Positions 22,898 through 34,376 of a stretch of 64,000 bases of DNA are shown piece after piece (positions within the stretch are counted from its first letter, which is position 1; each line of letters opens with the position of its first letter). Below the pieces are notes generated by a model that saw nothing but the letters and a program-made list of their open reading frames with translations, was not told the DNA's origin and searched no databases. The stretch is from Eledone cirrhosa (Eukaryota): contig OZ024741.1 in the NCBI GenBank assembly GCA_964016885.1, positions 111,166,001-111,230,000 of the forward strand, given 5' to 3'. Both the position numbers and the translations under genes were made by a program.

Positions 22898-25736
22898 TAT
22901 TTCCTGAAGATCCACAAGTGTAAAATAATTAACGATGCCTGTAAACAATCCACCTCAGCCTGCGTGAACACACAATACCCCACTGACCTTAAATTAAGAC
23001 CAATTGTAGCGGGCCCACAATGTGAAACACACAGACTGAACAACTTTATAGACATACTACTAAAACCAATTCTCAAACACATACCAAGCCTTGTAAGAGA
23101 CGATCTGGACCTCTTAAACCACCTCCCCAAACATGCCAACAATGACACTATTATTGTGTCTTTCGATGTAATGAATCTCTACACAATGATCCCACACCAA
23201 TACGGACTAGAAGCAATAGGATTCTGGCTAGAGAAATATCCCAATGAGATACCTGGCAGAATAGAAAAAAGCTTAATCACTGAGGGATTAAAATTTATCT
23301 TACAGAACAACTTTTTTGATTTCGATGGCAGTACTTACAAGCAAATATCGGGGACTGCGATGGGTACAAAAGCCGCTCCAACTTATGCCAACTTAGTCAT
23401 GGCATACTTAGAAGTCCAGATATATGAAAAGTCCAAATAAAAATACGGATTGAACTTCCACAAATATTTATCAGAGAATTGGAAACGCTACTTGGATGAT
23501 TGTCTCATTCTTTGGTCCCACACACTCGACCAACTGAATGATTTCAAAAATTTAATTAACGGCATCAATAACCACATCCAATTCACAATGGAATACAGCC
23601 AAGATCAACTCCCATTTCTGGACATCTTAATCTTAAAAAAAGACACAAATATTGAAACTGACATACACTACAAACCAACAGATTCCAAACAATATCTGCT
23701 ATTCACCTCCAACCATCCAAAGCACACGAAGACGAACATTCCTTTTAACCTAGCAAGAAGAATTTGCACAATTGTCTCCAATTATGAAACGCGAAATAAA
23801 AGACTTCAAGAATTAAAGGAAATTCTACTCGAAAGACAGTACCCACCATCACTAATAAATAATAGAATAGAAAGGGCTAAAGCAATAGGCATTGATGAAT
23901 TATGAAAACAGAAACAAATTCAAGGTACGTCCAATATTCTATCATATATCTCAACACACAACCCAAGAAATGCAGAAGCTTACAACACTATTCACAAGAA
24001 CATCCCACTATTGAAACAAGACCCAAGAATGAAAAAAGCCCTTGAAACACACAAAATAATCAAAAGCAAAAGACAACCAAAATCACTGAAAACATTATTC
24101 ACCAATGCCAAATTACCTACCACAGACCCACAACCAACTGTCAAAAAATGTGGTCGCTCTAATTGTGGAACCTGCACTCACCTCATTGAAGGCAACACGT
24201 ATACATTTCAATCAGGACAAAATTTTGCTGTAAAACATCACTTCACTTGCTCATCAAAAAATCTACTTTATGCCATTAAATGTAAAGGATGCAATGAAGA
24301 TTATATAGGACAAACTAAACTCAGAAACAGAATGACAGTTCATTGCCAACAATTACGAGATCCAACCACAAGACAGATACCACTAAGCGCGCATCTAGAC
24401 ATATGTGCAACTAATAAGACACCTAAATTCCAAGTCTTCCCATTTTACCTTTGCGCTGACAATACAACAGAACAAATACGAATAAATAAGGAAAATATGT
24501 TTATTCAAAAATATAGACCACCATTAAATATGGTTTAATATACATTATGTCAACACCATAACATGCTAACCATCCAAACAGACACATACACACACACATA
24601 ACACCTTCTACTTTAGAAAATAAAAACGCGAACTAAATAAATCTTAACATACGTTTGCGCTGACAATACAACAGAACAAATACGAATAAATAAGGAAAAT
24701 ATGTTCATTCAAAAATATTTCTACTAACGGAATCATTTTCCTACACACACACACACACACACACAAAATATATATTCTCTTCATCTTAACATGTTAACCA
24801 TACTCCCACACACACATAACACCCATACACACACACACACACACACATAACACCCCCCACACACACAACTCCCTCCCCCATTTCTACTAATAGAATCACT
24901 TTCCTACAAACATACACACACACAAAATATATATAGTCTCTTCATCTTAACATACTCCCACACACACACACACAACTTCCTCCCCCATTTCTACTAATAG
25001 AATCATCTTCCTATACATACACACACACACACACACAAGCACACAAATAAAGATACATATCTTTATTTTCTTTATTTCAATAGAAAGTCTGAATTCTGAC
25101 ACCCTAGCAAACCAGCCATATTCACTGAACCAGAACAATTCTCCCATCCCATTTCTCTTGACCATTATCTTTTGTTTGTCATAAAATTCCCTAAAAAGCT
25201 ACAAAATAAATTCCCAAATACAGTGCGAAATTTAATGAACTTGTTCACGTGACAGTCATAATTTCATTTATAACCAATCAAATTACATTTTAAAAAAAAG
25301 CCTTCGTGAGCCACTTTTTTTAAAGTAAAAAGAAATTCAAACGAACTGACACGAAAGCTGATCTGCTTATTCACGTGACTGCATCAACCAAACAAACTTC
25401 ACTCATATATGAAAAAACGACCTGAGCCCCCCCCCCCCCCCCCCCCCCCTGTTTGAAGAACTTTGTAACGTGAACTGGTGCAAAATTTATTATACTTATT
25501 GACCAACCAATCAAATTATTTCTCTAAAAACCTGGCGTTTCGAGCCACTTTTTTTCCATATAAAACAAGTAACATTCTAAGACCAATCAGATGTGAGAAA
25601 AACCATAGACCCTCCATCTCAACTTTACTTTTGAAAAGCAGAAGAACTTCGAAACCAGTAAAGGAACCAAATAAATATATATATTTTTTTAAAAATAAGA
25701 CTCCAGTTGCATTTTCGATTTCATCTTTTTTTCTTT
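22898..25736 (+). mobile_element. Penelope-like retroelement 1 (RT + GIY-YIG, Naiad-like), 5'-truncated, with long 3' UTR/pLTR, between (TA)n tracts
   Basis: KIHK-x25-LRPIVAGP, SFDV..LYT, GTAMGT..APTYANL, RYLDD, CGRSNCGTC knuckle, NLLYAIKCKGCNEDYIGQT; in-frame stops at 23438 and 23903; (TA)n at 22874-22897 and 25736-25750. Confidence 0.92.
25628..25663 (+). ncRNA. variant (U3-A8) minimal hammerhead motif at the PLE1 3' end
   Basis: CTT-TTGAAAA-GCAG aagaa CTTC-GAAA-CCAG-TA-AAG, then AATAAA at 25669; stem II has one mismatch. Confidence 0.55.
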
Positions 25737-25803
25737 ATATATATATATATTATAAATACACTAACAGGAGGCTCAGCTGGTGTAAATCCTTGAAAAGTTT
25801 ATT

Positions 25804-25861
25804 ATACTATGATCATTTCAATGACCGGGTTCCGTATGAATCTGGTGATATCATCAGGTAT
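25804..25861 (-). ncRNA. minimal type-I hammerhead motif, stem II degenerate
   Basis: Minus strand reads ATAC-CTGATGA-(31 nt)-GAAA-TGATCA-TA-GTAT, with palindromic ATGATCAT stem III, then AATAAA and (TA)n. Confidence 0.65.
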
Positions 25862-26792
25862 TCGAAATATAACAAAGGAATATATTAAAAATCCATGGGT
25901 CCGAAAATCAGAGACAGAGAGGACGACTGACCAACTAGCTGCTTTCACCTCGGTCAGTTGCCCTCAAGTGATGGCAACTCGGTCTACTAATGACCATCTG
26001 GTGAGGGGGCGAAGGCTTATAATGTACTACCACTTCTCCGTCAGAGAATTAAAAAAAAAAGAAGAAAGAAAGAAAGAAGAAAAGTCAGCGTAAGGGTCAC
26101 ACTACAGTCATGCTAGAAGATGCCGCGAAAAATGTTATTCCAAAGAACCCATATTTTAACAAAGGCATATATATGGGTGTCTGTATGGTCTAATGTGTGA
26201 ACAGAAAATTGGAACGTTAACTTATGTTAAGAGTTATAGGATGAAATTAAATTATTAGAAAATTAATAGAAGATTAAAGGTTTGTGTTTCGAGATTTATT
26301 TAATGAAATTACAGAGAGAGAGTCTTATATGAAAAAGTTTAAGTATATTATAGGGAATCTCGATAAGTTATCAAGGTGGGGGTATAGAGTAAAGATAAAA
26401 GCCTTCGATCGTAAAACCCAGCCAGCACCTCCTAACCACGTGTCAGCCAGTTTCGAGTGGTATCGTCTAGCGAAATAAATGGAAATTAATTTTTCCGAGT
26501 ACTCTAGGAACGTAGCTGTGATAGGCTCCGGGTGTGTTAGCGGGAAGTCAACCAGCTTCTACTGGCCATCGTCTATACCAAACGAATACTATTAATTCAC
26601 ACAGGAGGGGTTTATTTACGTGCCAACAGAGGGAGGCATGATACAGCTAACAGTTATGCCTAAGCCTAGAGTTTATAGGTATGAGTATAATGTGGCGGTC
26701 AAAACAAAACAATTCTATCCAGTGGTGAACCAACAAACCTAAATAAATATATATATATATATATATGTGTGTGTGTATATATATGTGTGTGT

Positions 26793-26855
<63 letters not shown>

Positions 26856-26979
26856 AGCCAGATCAGTTCCTGTATGAGCAAGGCATGGTCAGCCGACCAG
26901 ACACTGCCCACAACAGGACAACCCGTCTAACCCATGCTAGCGTGGAAGAACGGACGTAAAACGGTGATGATGATGATGA

Positions 26980-27020
<41 letters not shown>

Positions 27021-27073
27021 CATATTATTATTATTATTATTATTAATTCTACCAATGGTTTTTATTGCTGCAG

Positions 27074-27184
27074 GATCCTGAACTAAATTACCAAGACCAT
27101 ATCCTACTGTTTGATAAAGTAGTTAAAAGTGAACACGACATTCAATATGTTTTTGATTATTTGGACACTAACCAGAACAATGAG
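27074..27184 (+). CDS. patatin-like phospholipase exon G, DPELNYQDHILLFDKVVKSEHDIQYVFDYLDTNQNNE
   Basis: Acceptor ttgctgcag, donor GAG|gtaaag; phase 0/0; encodes the first part of the EF-hand loop. Confidence 0.85.
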
Positions 27185-28131
27185 GTAAAGTTTCTTCAAT
27201 CACATCAGAAATAAATATAAAATAACTACTACTACTAGATTATAAATAAACTTAGTATTTAAGAGACTATGATTACATATATGTGTGTATATATGTGTGT
27301 GTGTGTGTGGAAAAATCATTGATTGGTTAAATTTTCTGTTTACAAAAATGCCACATGTCAACAATCCTGACTAATATAATCTTGATTTCATCACCGAAAA
27401 TAGCCATGATGATACCTAAGCTATATAAGCCCAACTCTTCTATACTGTGTGCTCCCTATGGTCCCAGATTTCTAACAATCGATGTTGGCTGCTACAGCCT
27501 GGCCCTTGTCACAAGAGGCTATCACCAATGGCGGTTAACAAATGTGCATCTTTGAATTCACGCACTCCCTCTATCTTTCACTTCTTCACCTAATGCAAAT
27601 GCACAATCTGCACACATGCATTCAATCTAACTTACAAATTCCACAATTCCACCACATCTATACACATCACAACAAAAACTCTCTTTCATGTTTATACTCT
27701 TAGTTATTTCAAACTGTTACCTCTTCCTGTTGTGTTATTGTTTGCTACATGATTTCATTGCATTTCATAGCAAAAATAAAAGCATTTAAATTAACAGTTT
27801 TGTTCTCTTGTAAATCTATATATAGATGTTGGGGAAATTGCTTTCCCCACATCAATCTCGCATCATCAACAACAACAGCATCAACAACATACCAACAGAT
27901 ATATTAAATATATATATATAGGAACTGGCACTCTGTCGGTTACGATGATAGTGTTCCAATTGATCTGATAAATGGAACAGCCTGCTTGTAAAATTAGTGT
28001 GCAAGTGGCTGAGCATTCCATAGACATGTGTACCCTTAACATCTGTTGTATTCTCTACGAAGAGTCCATGTCAAAGAATCCCCTTCAAAGTATTCTCTTG
28101 ATTTTAATAATTATATTTCTATTCATTGTAG

Positions 28132-28290
28132 ATAGAGTATCAAGAATTGATAAATTTTTTAGAAACCAAAGGAATTAATGTTCAATCTCGCTTCCTTGGA
28201 TATTTTGGCAGACCAATCAATGATTTACAATCATATTTGTCAGCTTTAACTGAGACAATGTTGACCAATACTAAAAGAGCTTTTGTACAG
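28132..28290 (+). CDS. patatin-like phospholipase exon H, IEYQELINFLETKGINVQSRFLGYFGRPINDLQSYLSALTETMLTNTKRAFVQ
   Basis: Acceptor ttcattgtag, donor CAG|gtatta; phase 0/0; completes the EF-hand loop. Confidence 0.87.
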
Positions 28291-28317
28291 GTATTATTAT
28301 AATCATTGTCACTACAC

Positions 28318-28490
28318 ACCAACACTATCACCACTATCACTACCACCACAACCGTTATCATCACTACCTCCACCACCACTATCACCATCACCACCTCCAC
28401 CACCACTATCACCATCATCACCACCATCATCACCACCACTACCACCATTATCATCACCACTTCCATCACCACCACCACAACCACTTCTAC
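28318..28490. repeat. (CAC/CAT/TAC)n trinucleotide repeat filling the short intron H-I
   Basis: Seen directly between donor 28291 and acceptor 28523. Confidence 0.9.
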
Positions 28491-28523
28491 TACATCTCAT
28501 TGCTCTATTTTCTGACATTGTAG

Positions 28524-28619
28524 GAACGAGATAAATATCGTACAGTTGGTATTAATACAGGATATATTGACACAACAGATTTTACCCTGGAAGATGAAGA
28601 CAAACAGTTCCTGATTAAG
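28524..28619 (+). CDS. patatin-like phospholipase exon I, ERDKYRTVGINTGYIDTTDFTLEDEDKQFLIK
   Basis: Acceptor cattgtag, donor AAG|gtatta; phase 0/0. Confidence 0.88.
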
Positions 28620-28719
28620 GTATTAAAATCTATATATTGTTATGTCTCTCTGGTAAATGAATATGGAAAGAAATTGGTGTCTACATGTAGCAAATAGAGT
28701 CATTGCACACTAAAACAAT

Positions 28720-30613
28720 GCTGGTGTCTTGATAGAATGAACCCAGTACACTCTAATGCTGGCGATGAAATGAATAACTCTTCAGCCTGGCCAAGCATAT
28801 GATAACCTCTCTAGTGCTGGTGCTAAAATACAATGTACCTGGTAGAGCTGGCGCCACAATACAATGCACCCAGTACATTCTGTAAATCTGATGCAATGGT
28901 AAAATGCATCCAGTTCACACTATAAAGTTGTAGAACTGGTACCACAATAAAAAGCATCCAGTTCACTCTATACAGTGGTATTGCCACAATAAAATGCACC
29001 TTCTACACTTTGTTAATGTGGTAGTGCTGATACCACAATAAAATGTACCTAGCACACTTTGTAAAGTAGACTGCTGGTGCCACAATAAAATACACCCAGT
29101 ACACTCTGGAATGTTGTAGTGCTGGTGCCACAATAAATTATACCCAGTATACAAGAGTCAGCTGAAACGTTCATAGGCTGACCAAGATACTCTCATGGAA
29201 TGTGACCAAATAAGGTTTATATTTCAACATAGTCCCCCTTGCAGTCTATACACTTGTTCCATTGATCTTGCAGTGTTTGGATCCCATTGGTTAAGAAGCT
29301 TTCATCCAGTTGGTAAAAAAAAGTCATCAACAGCAGACATGACGTTATCATCACTGCAATACTAGTTCCCAGCCATGTTTTTTCATGTTGAGGATAGCCA
29401 GATAGAGTCAAATCAGGAGAATAGGGATGGTGATCAACAAGCTCAAAGCCCCAGTCATGCACAACAACCATTGAAACCAAGTACTTGTTTGCATTATCCT
29501 GATGAAAGAAGACCCCTTTCATCAATTTTCCTAGGTGTTTTGTCTTGATAGACTTTTGTAACTGCCTCAGCAAGTTGGTATAGTATTTTCTATTTATGTT
29601 GTGGCCTTTTGAAGATAGTCAATAAACACAATGTCTTTTGCATCCCAAAAAACTGAGGCCATCACCTTCCCTGCAGATGAAACAACCATGACCTTCTTTG
29701 GAGCAGGTGAAGAGGGTTGTTTCCACTGTATGGATTGTCTCTTTGTCTCTGACTCAAAGTGAGGAACCCAACACTCATCCCGGGTTAGAAAACATTCAAG
29801 GAAACCAGCTGTATCTGCTTCAAATAATGTCAGATTTTCCCTTGATGTGATCAGCTTGGTGCATTTTTGATCAGGTGTCAGAAGACATGGTACCCACCAA
29901 GCAGAAACCTTTATTATGGCAAGTTCATTGTAAAGAATATTCTCAACTCTCTCTCGGGATGTGCTAATAGCATTGGCTATTTGATTTATAGTCAATCGCC
30001 TGTCACCCATCACCAAGTGGTGAACATGATCAATATTTTCCTTGGTGGTGGCAGTTGCTGGATGTCCAGACCTTGGGTCATCTTCAGGACTCTCCCTTCC
30101 CCTCCTAAATTCAGCTGCCTACTTTTGCACTATTGATAAAGCTGGAGTGTCATCCTCTAATGTAGTAACCATGTCCTTGGGGGCTAAACCATTTTTCTGC
30201 AAATACTTGCTAAAAGCACAATGCCAAAATTTGTTTATTTTCAAGAGAAGTCACTTCTAGTTACTTTTGAAGTCTTTTTTGAACAGTCAGATGTCAGTTT
30301 ACCTGGAAAGAAACAATACAGTTATTAATTAAAAAAAGTTGAAATGAATGCATTCAAGATTTCCAAGTTCTATCATCACTTCCTCATAGTCAGCCTATGA
30401 ACCTTTCAGGCCACCCTCATACATTTTAAATTAGTAGTACTGGTGCCACAATAAAATGCACCCAATACATCCTTTAAGGTTGTTGGTGTTAGGAAAGATA
30501 TCCAGCTATAGAAACCATACTAAATATAGGATGTATGAGTAAGACAAGGTCTCTCTCATCTATCTAGCAACATGATGACAGCATGGAAGGTAGATGTAAA
30601 ATGATGATGATGA
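28720..30613 (+). repeat. degenerate ~45-bp minisatellite (gctggtgccacaataaaatgcacccagtacact) ending in an RTE-type tail, split by a mariner
   Basis: Units at 28720-29150 resume at 30421-30480, then ggtgttaggaaagatatccagc...atgatgatga. Confidence 0.7.
29152..30419 (-). mobile_element. full-length, degenerate mariner transposon (1268 bp)
   Basis: 31-bp imperfect TIRs (caagagtcagctgaaacgttcataggctgac / gtcagcctatgaacctttcaggccaccctca), TA at both flanks, motifs WVPCLL, DECWV, HQDNA, PYSPDL, KGDYVE. Confidence 0.93.
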
Positions 30614-31136
30614 TTGTCTTATCATCAATTTATACACCTACCTCTACTCATCTTCTCACCATTCCCACTCAAAAACAAAATAGTTTCCTAGATACATCTG
30701 AGACTTATCAAGCTAAAGGTTTACTTTATTTTCATAGTAACAATGGATGTAAAATCAATAATCTTATCTCAGAATGTCTGCAGTGGGATATAAAGCTATG
30801 GTCCATGTAATATGCTAAGTCAAACCACTAGAATAAGAGGATAGCGGTAGAAGTGAGAGTGTATCTTGTGACACCTTCTGCAACAGAAAAATAGTAAAGA
30901 AAGCTAGTGCTAACATATTTAATGTAGTGATCTCAATTAATAGGTCGCAGTGCTTGCATGGATTTCCTTAACTCTCTGTCAACATCCAATGCTATTGTTC
31001 ATTGTATTTGGCAGATCAGAAGGATTACAGTTTATGTTGTCATAAATTTGCTTAATATAGCTCTTGGCTTGTTGTCCTTTGTTAGCTTTCTTGTGTAGGC
31101 TCCCACAAAAGAATACTAACAATTTCATCTTTAACT

Positions 31137-31490
31137 TTATTACTCAACCATGGATGACACCCCTATTAGATTAGATGGATCCTACACTCGCATGCTAAGA
31201 GTGGCTTTGAATGTCACTTGGAGAGATTGTTTAACAAATGAGCGACTGTATGGGAACCTTCATCAAGTATCAGACATCAAAGAGTGTAGAGTTAGATTCA
31301 CAGGGCATTGATTGATCAATGCCCTGTGAATCTAACTCTACACTCTTTGATGTCTGATACTTGATGAAGGTTCTCATACAGTCGCTCATTTGTTAAACAA
31401 TCTCTCCAAGTGACATTCAAAGCCACTCTTAGCATGCGAGTGTAGGATCCATCTAATCTAATAGGGGTGTCATCCATGGTTGAGTAATAA
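31137..31490. repeat. near-perfect palindrome, 176-bp arms, 2-nt spacer, made of an RTE-like LINE fragment
   Basis: 31137-31312 is the reverse complement of 31315-31490 with one mismatch seen; the arm encodes LDGSYTRMLRVALNVTW..TNERLY..RVRFTGH. Confidence 0.93.
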
Positions 31491-32095
31491 GCCAATGAAA
31501 GACTAATTATGATCAAGTAGTGATCTAAGATTTTTTATTTAATTAAACACTCATAAGTGGTAGAAAAAAATGTTTACCTTAGTAGACAATCTTAAAATTT
31601 AGATTAATTCAAATTGATCAAAGACAGAATGTGAACATGCAGGGGTGAGATAGCCTGAGCTATAGAATTTAGTGATAACTCTGGACTTATCATAGTCTTA
31701 TTAGTACAGCTAGAGCTAAGGTATATCACTACATTATTTTAGCAGAATCTTCACTAGAATTTGGCTAGAGGTATTGCTGTGTGGTTAAATAGTTTATTTA
31801 ACAATGCCATTGTTTAGGGTGTAATTTCACTGTGCAGTGTTTTGGGCAAGTCTCCATTATTGTAATTTCAAGTAAACCAAAGCTTTGTGAGTGAAATTTG
31901 GTTGACAGAAACAGTGTGAAAACCTGCTGAGGGAGTCATTCCTCTTCTTGGGTGGTAGATTTAATTAGTTGCCCAGTTTAGTAGCATTGGGTGTCTTTAG
32001 CAAACTCAACACTGTTACAAACACTTGGGTCAGGTATTATCGATATGTAAGCAGTATTTAATGTGATGTATATTTGGGATTTAAATGTATTAATA

Positions 32096-32338
32096 TATGT
32101 GTGTGCATGCTTTTATCCATGGGTGTTAACTCTTTTATGTTTTTAAATAATGTATTTGTGCTTTAATCATATTTTTGTGTGTAAGTATGTGTGTGCATGA
32201 TTATGTCTATAGATATTAAATATTTTATACTTTTGAATAATGTATTTGTGCTTTAAATATATTAATGTGTGTGTATATATATATATATGTGTGCATGATT
32301 CTGCCTTTAGATATTAAATCTTTTATGTTTTTAACAGA
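32096..32338. repeat. degenerate tandem repeat, ~90-100 bp unit x about 2.5, just upstream of the last exon
   Basis: tgtgtgcatg occurs three times, each followed by a similar ttttat...tttt tract; aataatgtatttgtgcttta occurs in the first two units. Confidence 0.65.
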
Positions 32339-32380
32339 ATTCTTTAACAATTTTATGTTGGTTTATTTTGTGTATTTTAG

Positions 32381-32506
32381 CAAGGATGGAACAGTACTGT
32401 GGCCTTCTTCCGAGAATACCTCAATAATCATCGTGGATCCTTGAAAACACGGCGTCATCATTCCATTTGCCAACTTATACCTCTTGCCAGCCCAGACCTC
32501 TTATAA
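32381..32506 (+). CDS. patatin-like phospholipase terminal exon J, QGWNSTVAFFREYLNNHRGSLKTRRHHSICQLIPLASPDLL*
   Basis: Acceptor tgtattttag; open frame to TAA at 32504-32506; follows exon I in phase 0. Confidence 0.83.
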   Translation, partial: QGWNSTVAFFREYLNNHRGSLKTRRHHSICQLIPLASPDLL

Positions 32507-34156
32507 CACCAAACATCAAAGAACTTGAAACATTTTCAAACAAATTATTTTTTGCAATATTTATAAGAATTTTTTCATGCTGCATTATTTCCTTTTCACT
32601 TCTCATTGAGACATTTTGAATTAATTATTTTCTTAAATTATTACCCTGGGAAGTATCGGTAGAGCATTAGCCAACATGCTTTGTGGCATGTGGAAACAGC
32701 CCTTTTACATTCTGAGTTCAAATCTTGCTGAGGTGGGTTTGCCTTTCACCCTTAAGGAGTCAATAAAATAAGCACCAGCAACACACTGGGGTTGATTTAA
32801 TTAATTTTGACCTTGTGCCTAAATTAGAAACCATTATTACCTTGGGCAGAGATGGTTGGAGTTGATTTCAAAGTGCTGAATCACACAGAGAAGTTGATGA
32901 AAGAATGCTATGAGTGGAGGGAAGCTGTTCTGGAAATGACTTGTCCAACCCATGCAAGCACAAACAAATGGAGGATGTTGATGATGATGTTTCAAAATTG
33001 ACTTAAAATATTTAAAATCTACTTGTTAAAATTTGACACAATCATGTTTATAATATTTCTATTGTGTCCAGATCATGTTTATATTTGTTTTCTTTCATCC
33101 TTTGGAATTTGAAACTTTTTTATTTCAAATGGAGAATATTAATAAAAGATATAATTATGGTGGTGCCTAGCATGGCCCCAGCCTGTCGGCTGGAACACAT
33201 AATAGATACATGGATGTGATACATGGATGTTTTTTCCTGGAATTGCTTGATTTTGCAAATTTTCATATATTTTATTAAATCTCTGCAGATATAAGATTGA
33301 GTGAAATTAATGATAAATGGAAGATTCCTTGAGTCAATACTCAGATTGTAATGTATAGAGATATTTCTATTAATAATGGAGCTTCAGCAAAGTTTTTTAC
33401 CAATTTCATTTTTCATCTCTTTCATGTTGAACATGTCTAAGACAAATAAAATGTCTTAAATTCTTTCATCTTGGTTTTCTAAGCATAATTACATTTTACA
33501 CAGGTGGTGGGTTGACAGTATTGATAGAGCGTGGGTCAACATTGCTTTTCATCCTTATGGAGTCGATAAAATAAAGGGTTGATTTAATCGACTTTTCCTT
33601 CCCTCAGAATTGTTTGTCTTGTGCCGAAATCAGAAACCATTATTACATTTTAACTTATAAACATTAACAATGGCAATATTTTCATCATTATTTGTGTTTC
33701 AAAATCTTCTGCACAATTTTCATATTCTAAAACGATACTGAAGTTTCTTAAAAAAAGGATACTACATATTTATATTTTGGTTTTGAAGATATCTTTGTAA
33801 CTAGCTTAAATGTTATATAAAACATATCAATATGAGCTATAAAATATATCAAATTTTGAATATTTATCTTTTGATTATGATGATATATATATATATATAT
33901 ATAGGACTAGAACTGTTTTATTCATATGAAATCATCAGGAATCCTGTTCTAGTCTTGTAGAAGTAATTTTTATATATAATAAAGATGCCTATACTCTACC
34001 AATGTATTGAGTATCTGTGGTTACCCCTTGACAAACTCTAGAATCTAAATATTATATAGATATATATACATATGTGCGTGTGTGTGTATATATATATATA
34101 TCATCATCATCATCATCATAAAATGATGATGATGATGATATATATATACACATGTC

Positions 34157-34269
<113 letters not shown>

Positions 34270-34376
34270 ATAATAAAAAATGTGAAGACTAAAATCCGAA
34301 GAGGGCTTGATAAGGATTATATATATATATTAGTTTTGCGAGGTTTTTGATATGAAATCGTGTCTCGAAACAAATG

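Larger units (their letters stand above)
1831..32506 (+). other. 3' portion (10 coding exons) of a patatin-like phospholipase gene with EF-hand insert; 5' exons lie upstream of the window
   Basis: Ten exons joined by GT-AG introns with matching phases give one open frame of 1253 nt ending in TAA. It contains AVRMSMSIPG, YVDGGLLCNYP, an EF-hand loop and a RTVGINTGYIDTTDF C-terminal region. The Gly-rich loop and GxSxG motif are not in the window. Confidence 0.9.

Noticed and set aside
23903-23905. In-frame TGA in PLE1 as possible selenocysteine (reported for some Naiads)
   Set aside because: It aligns with Arg in PLE2 (DEL* vs QDLR), not Cys, so it fits a simple nonsense mutation; the copy also has a TAA stop at 23438.
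28182-28534. Pro-, Thr-, Val- and Gly-rich ORFs
   Set aside because: Translations of the intronic trinucleotide repeat between exons H and I.
33903-33958. Minus-strand ctgatga with a small hairpin as another hammerhead
   Set aside because: GAAA is replaced by AAAA and there is no stem I adjacent to the core; too degenerate to call.
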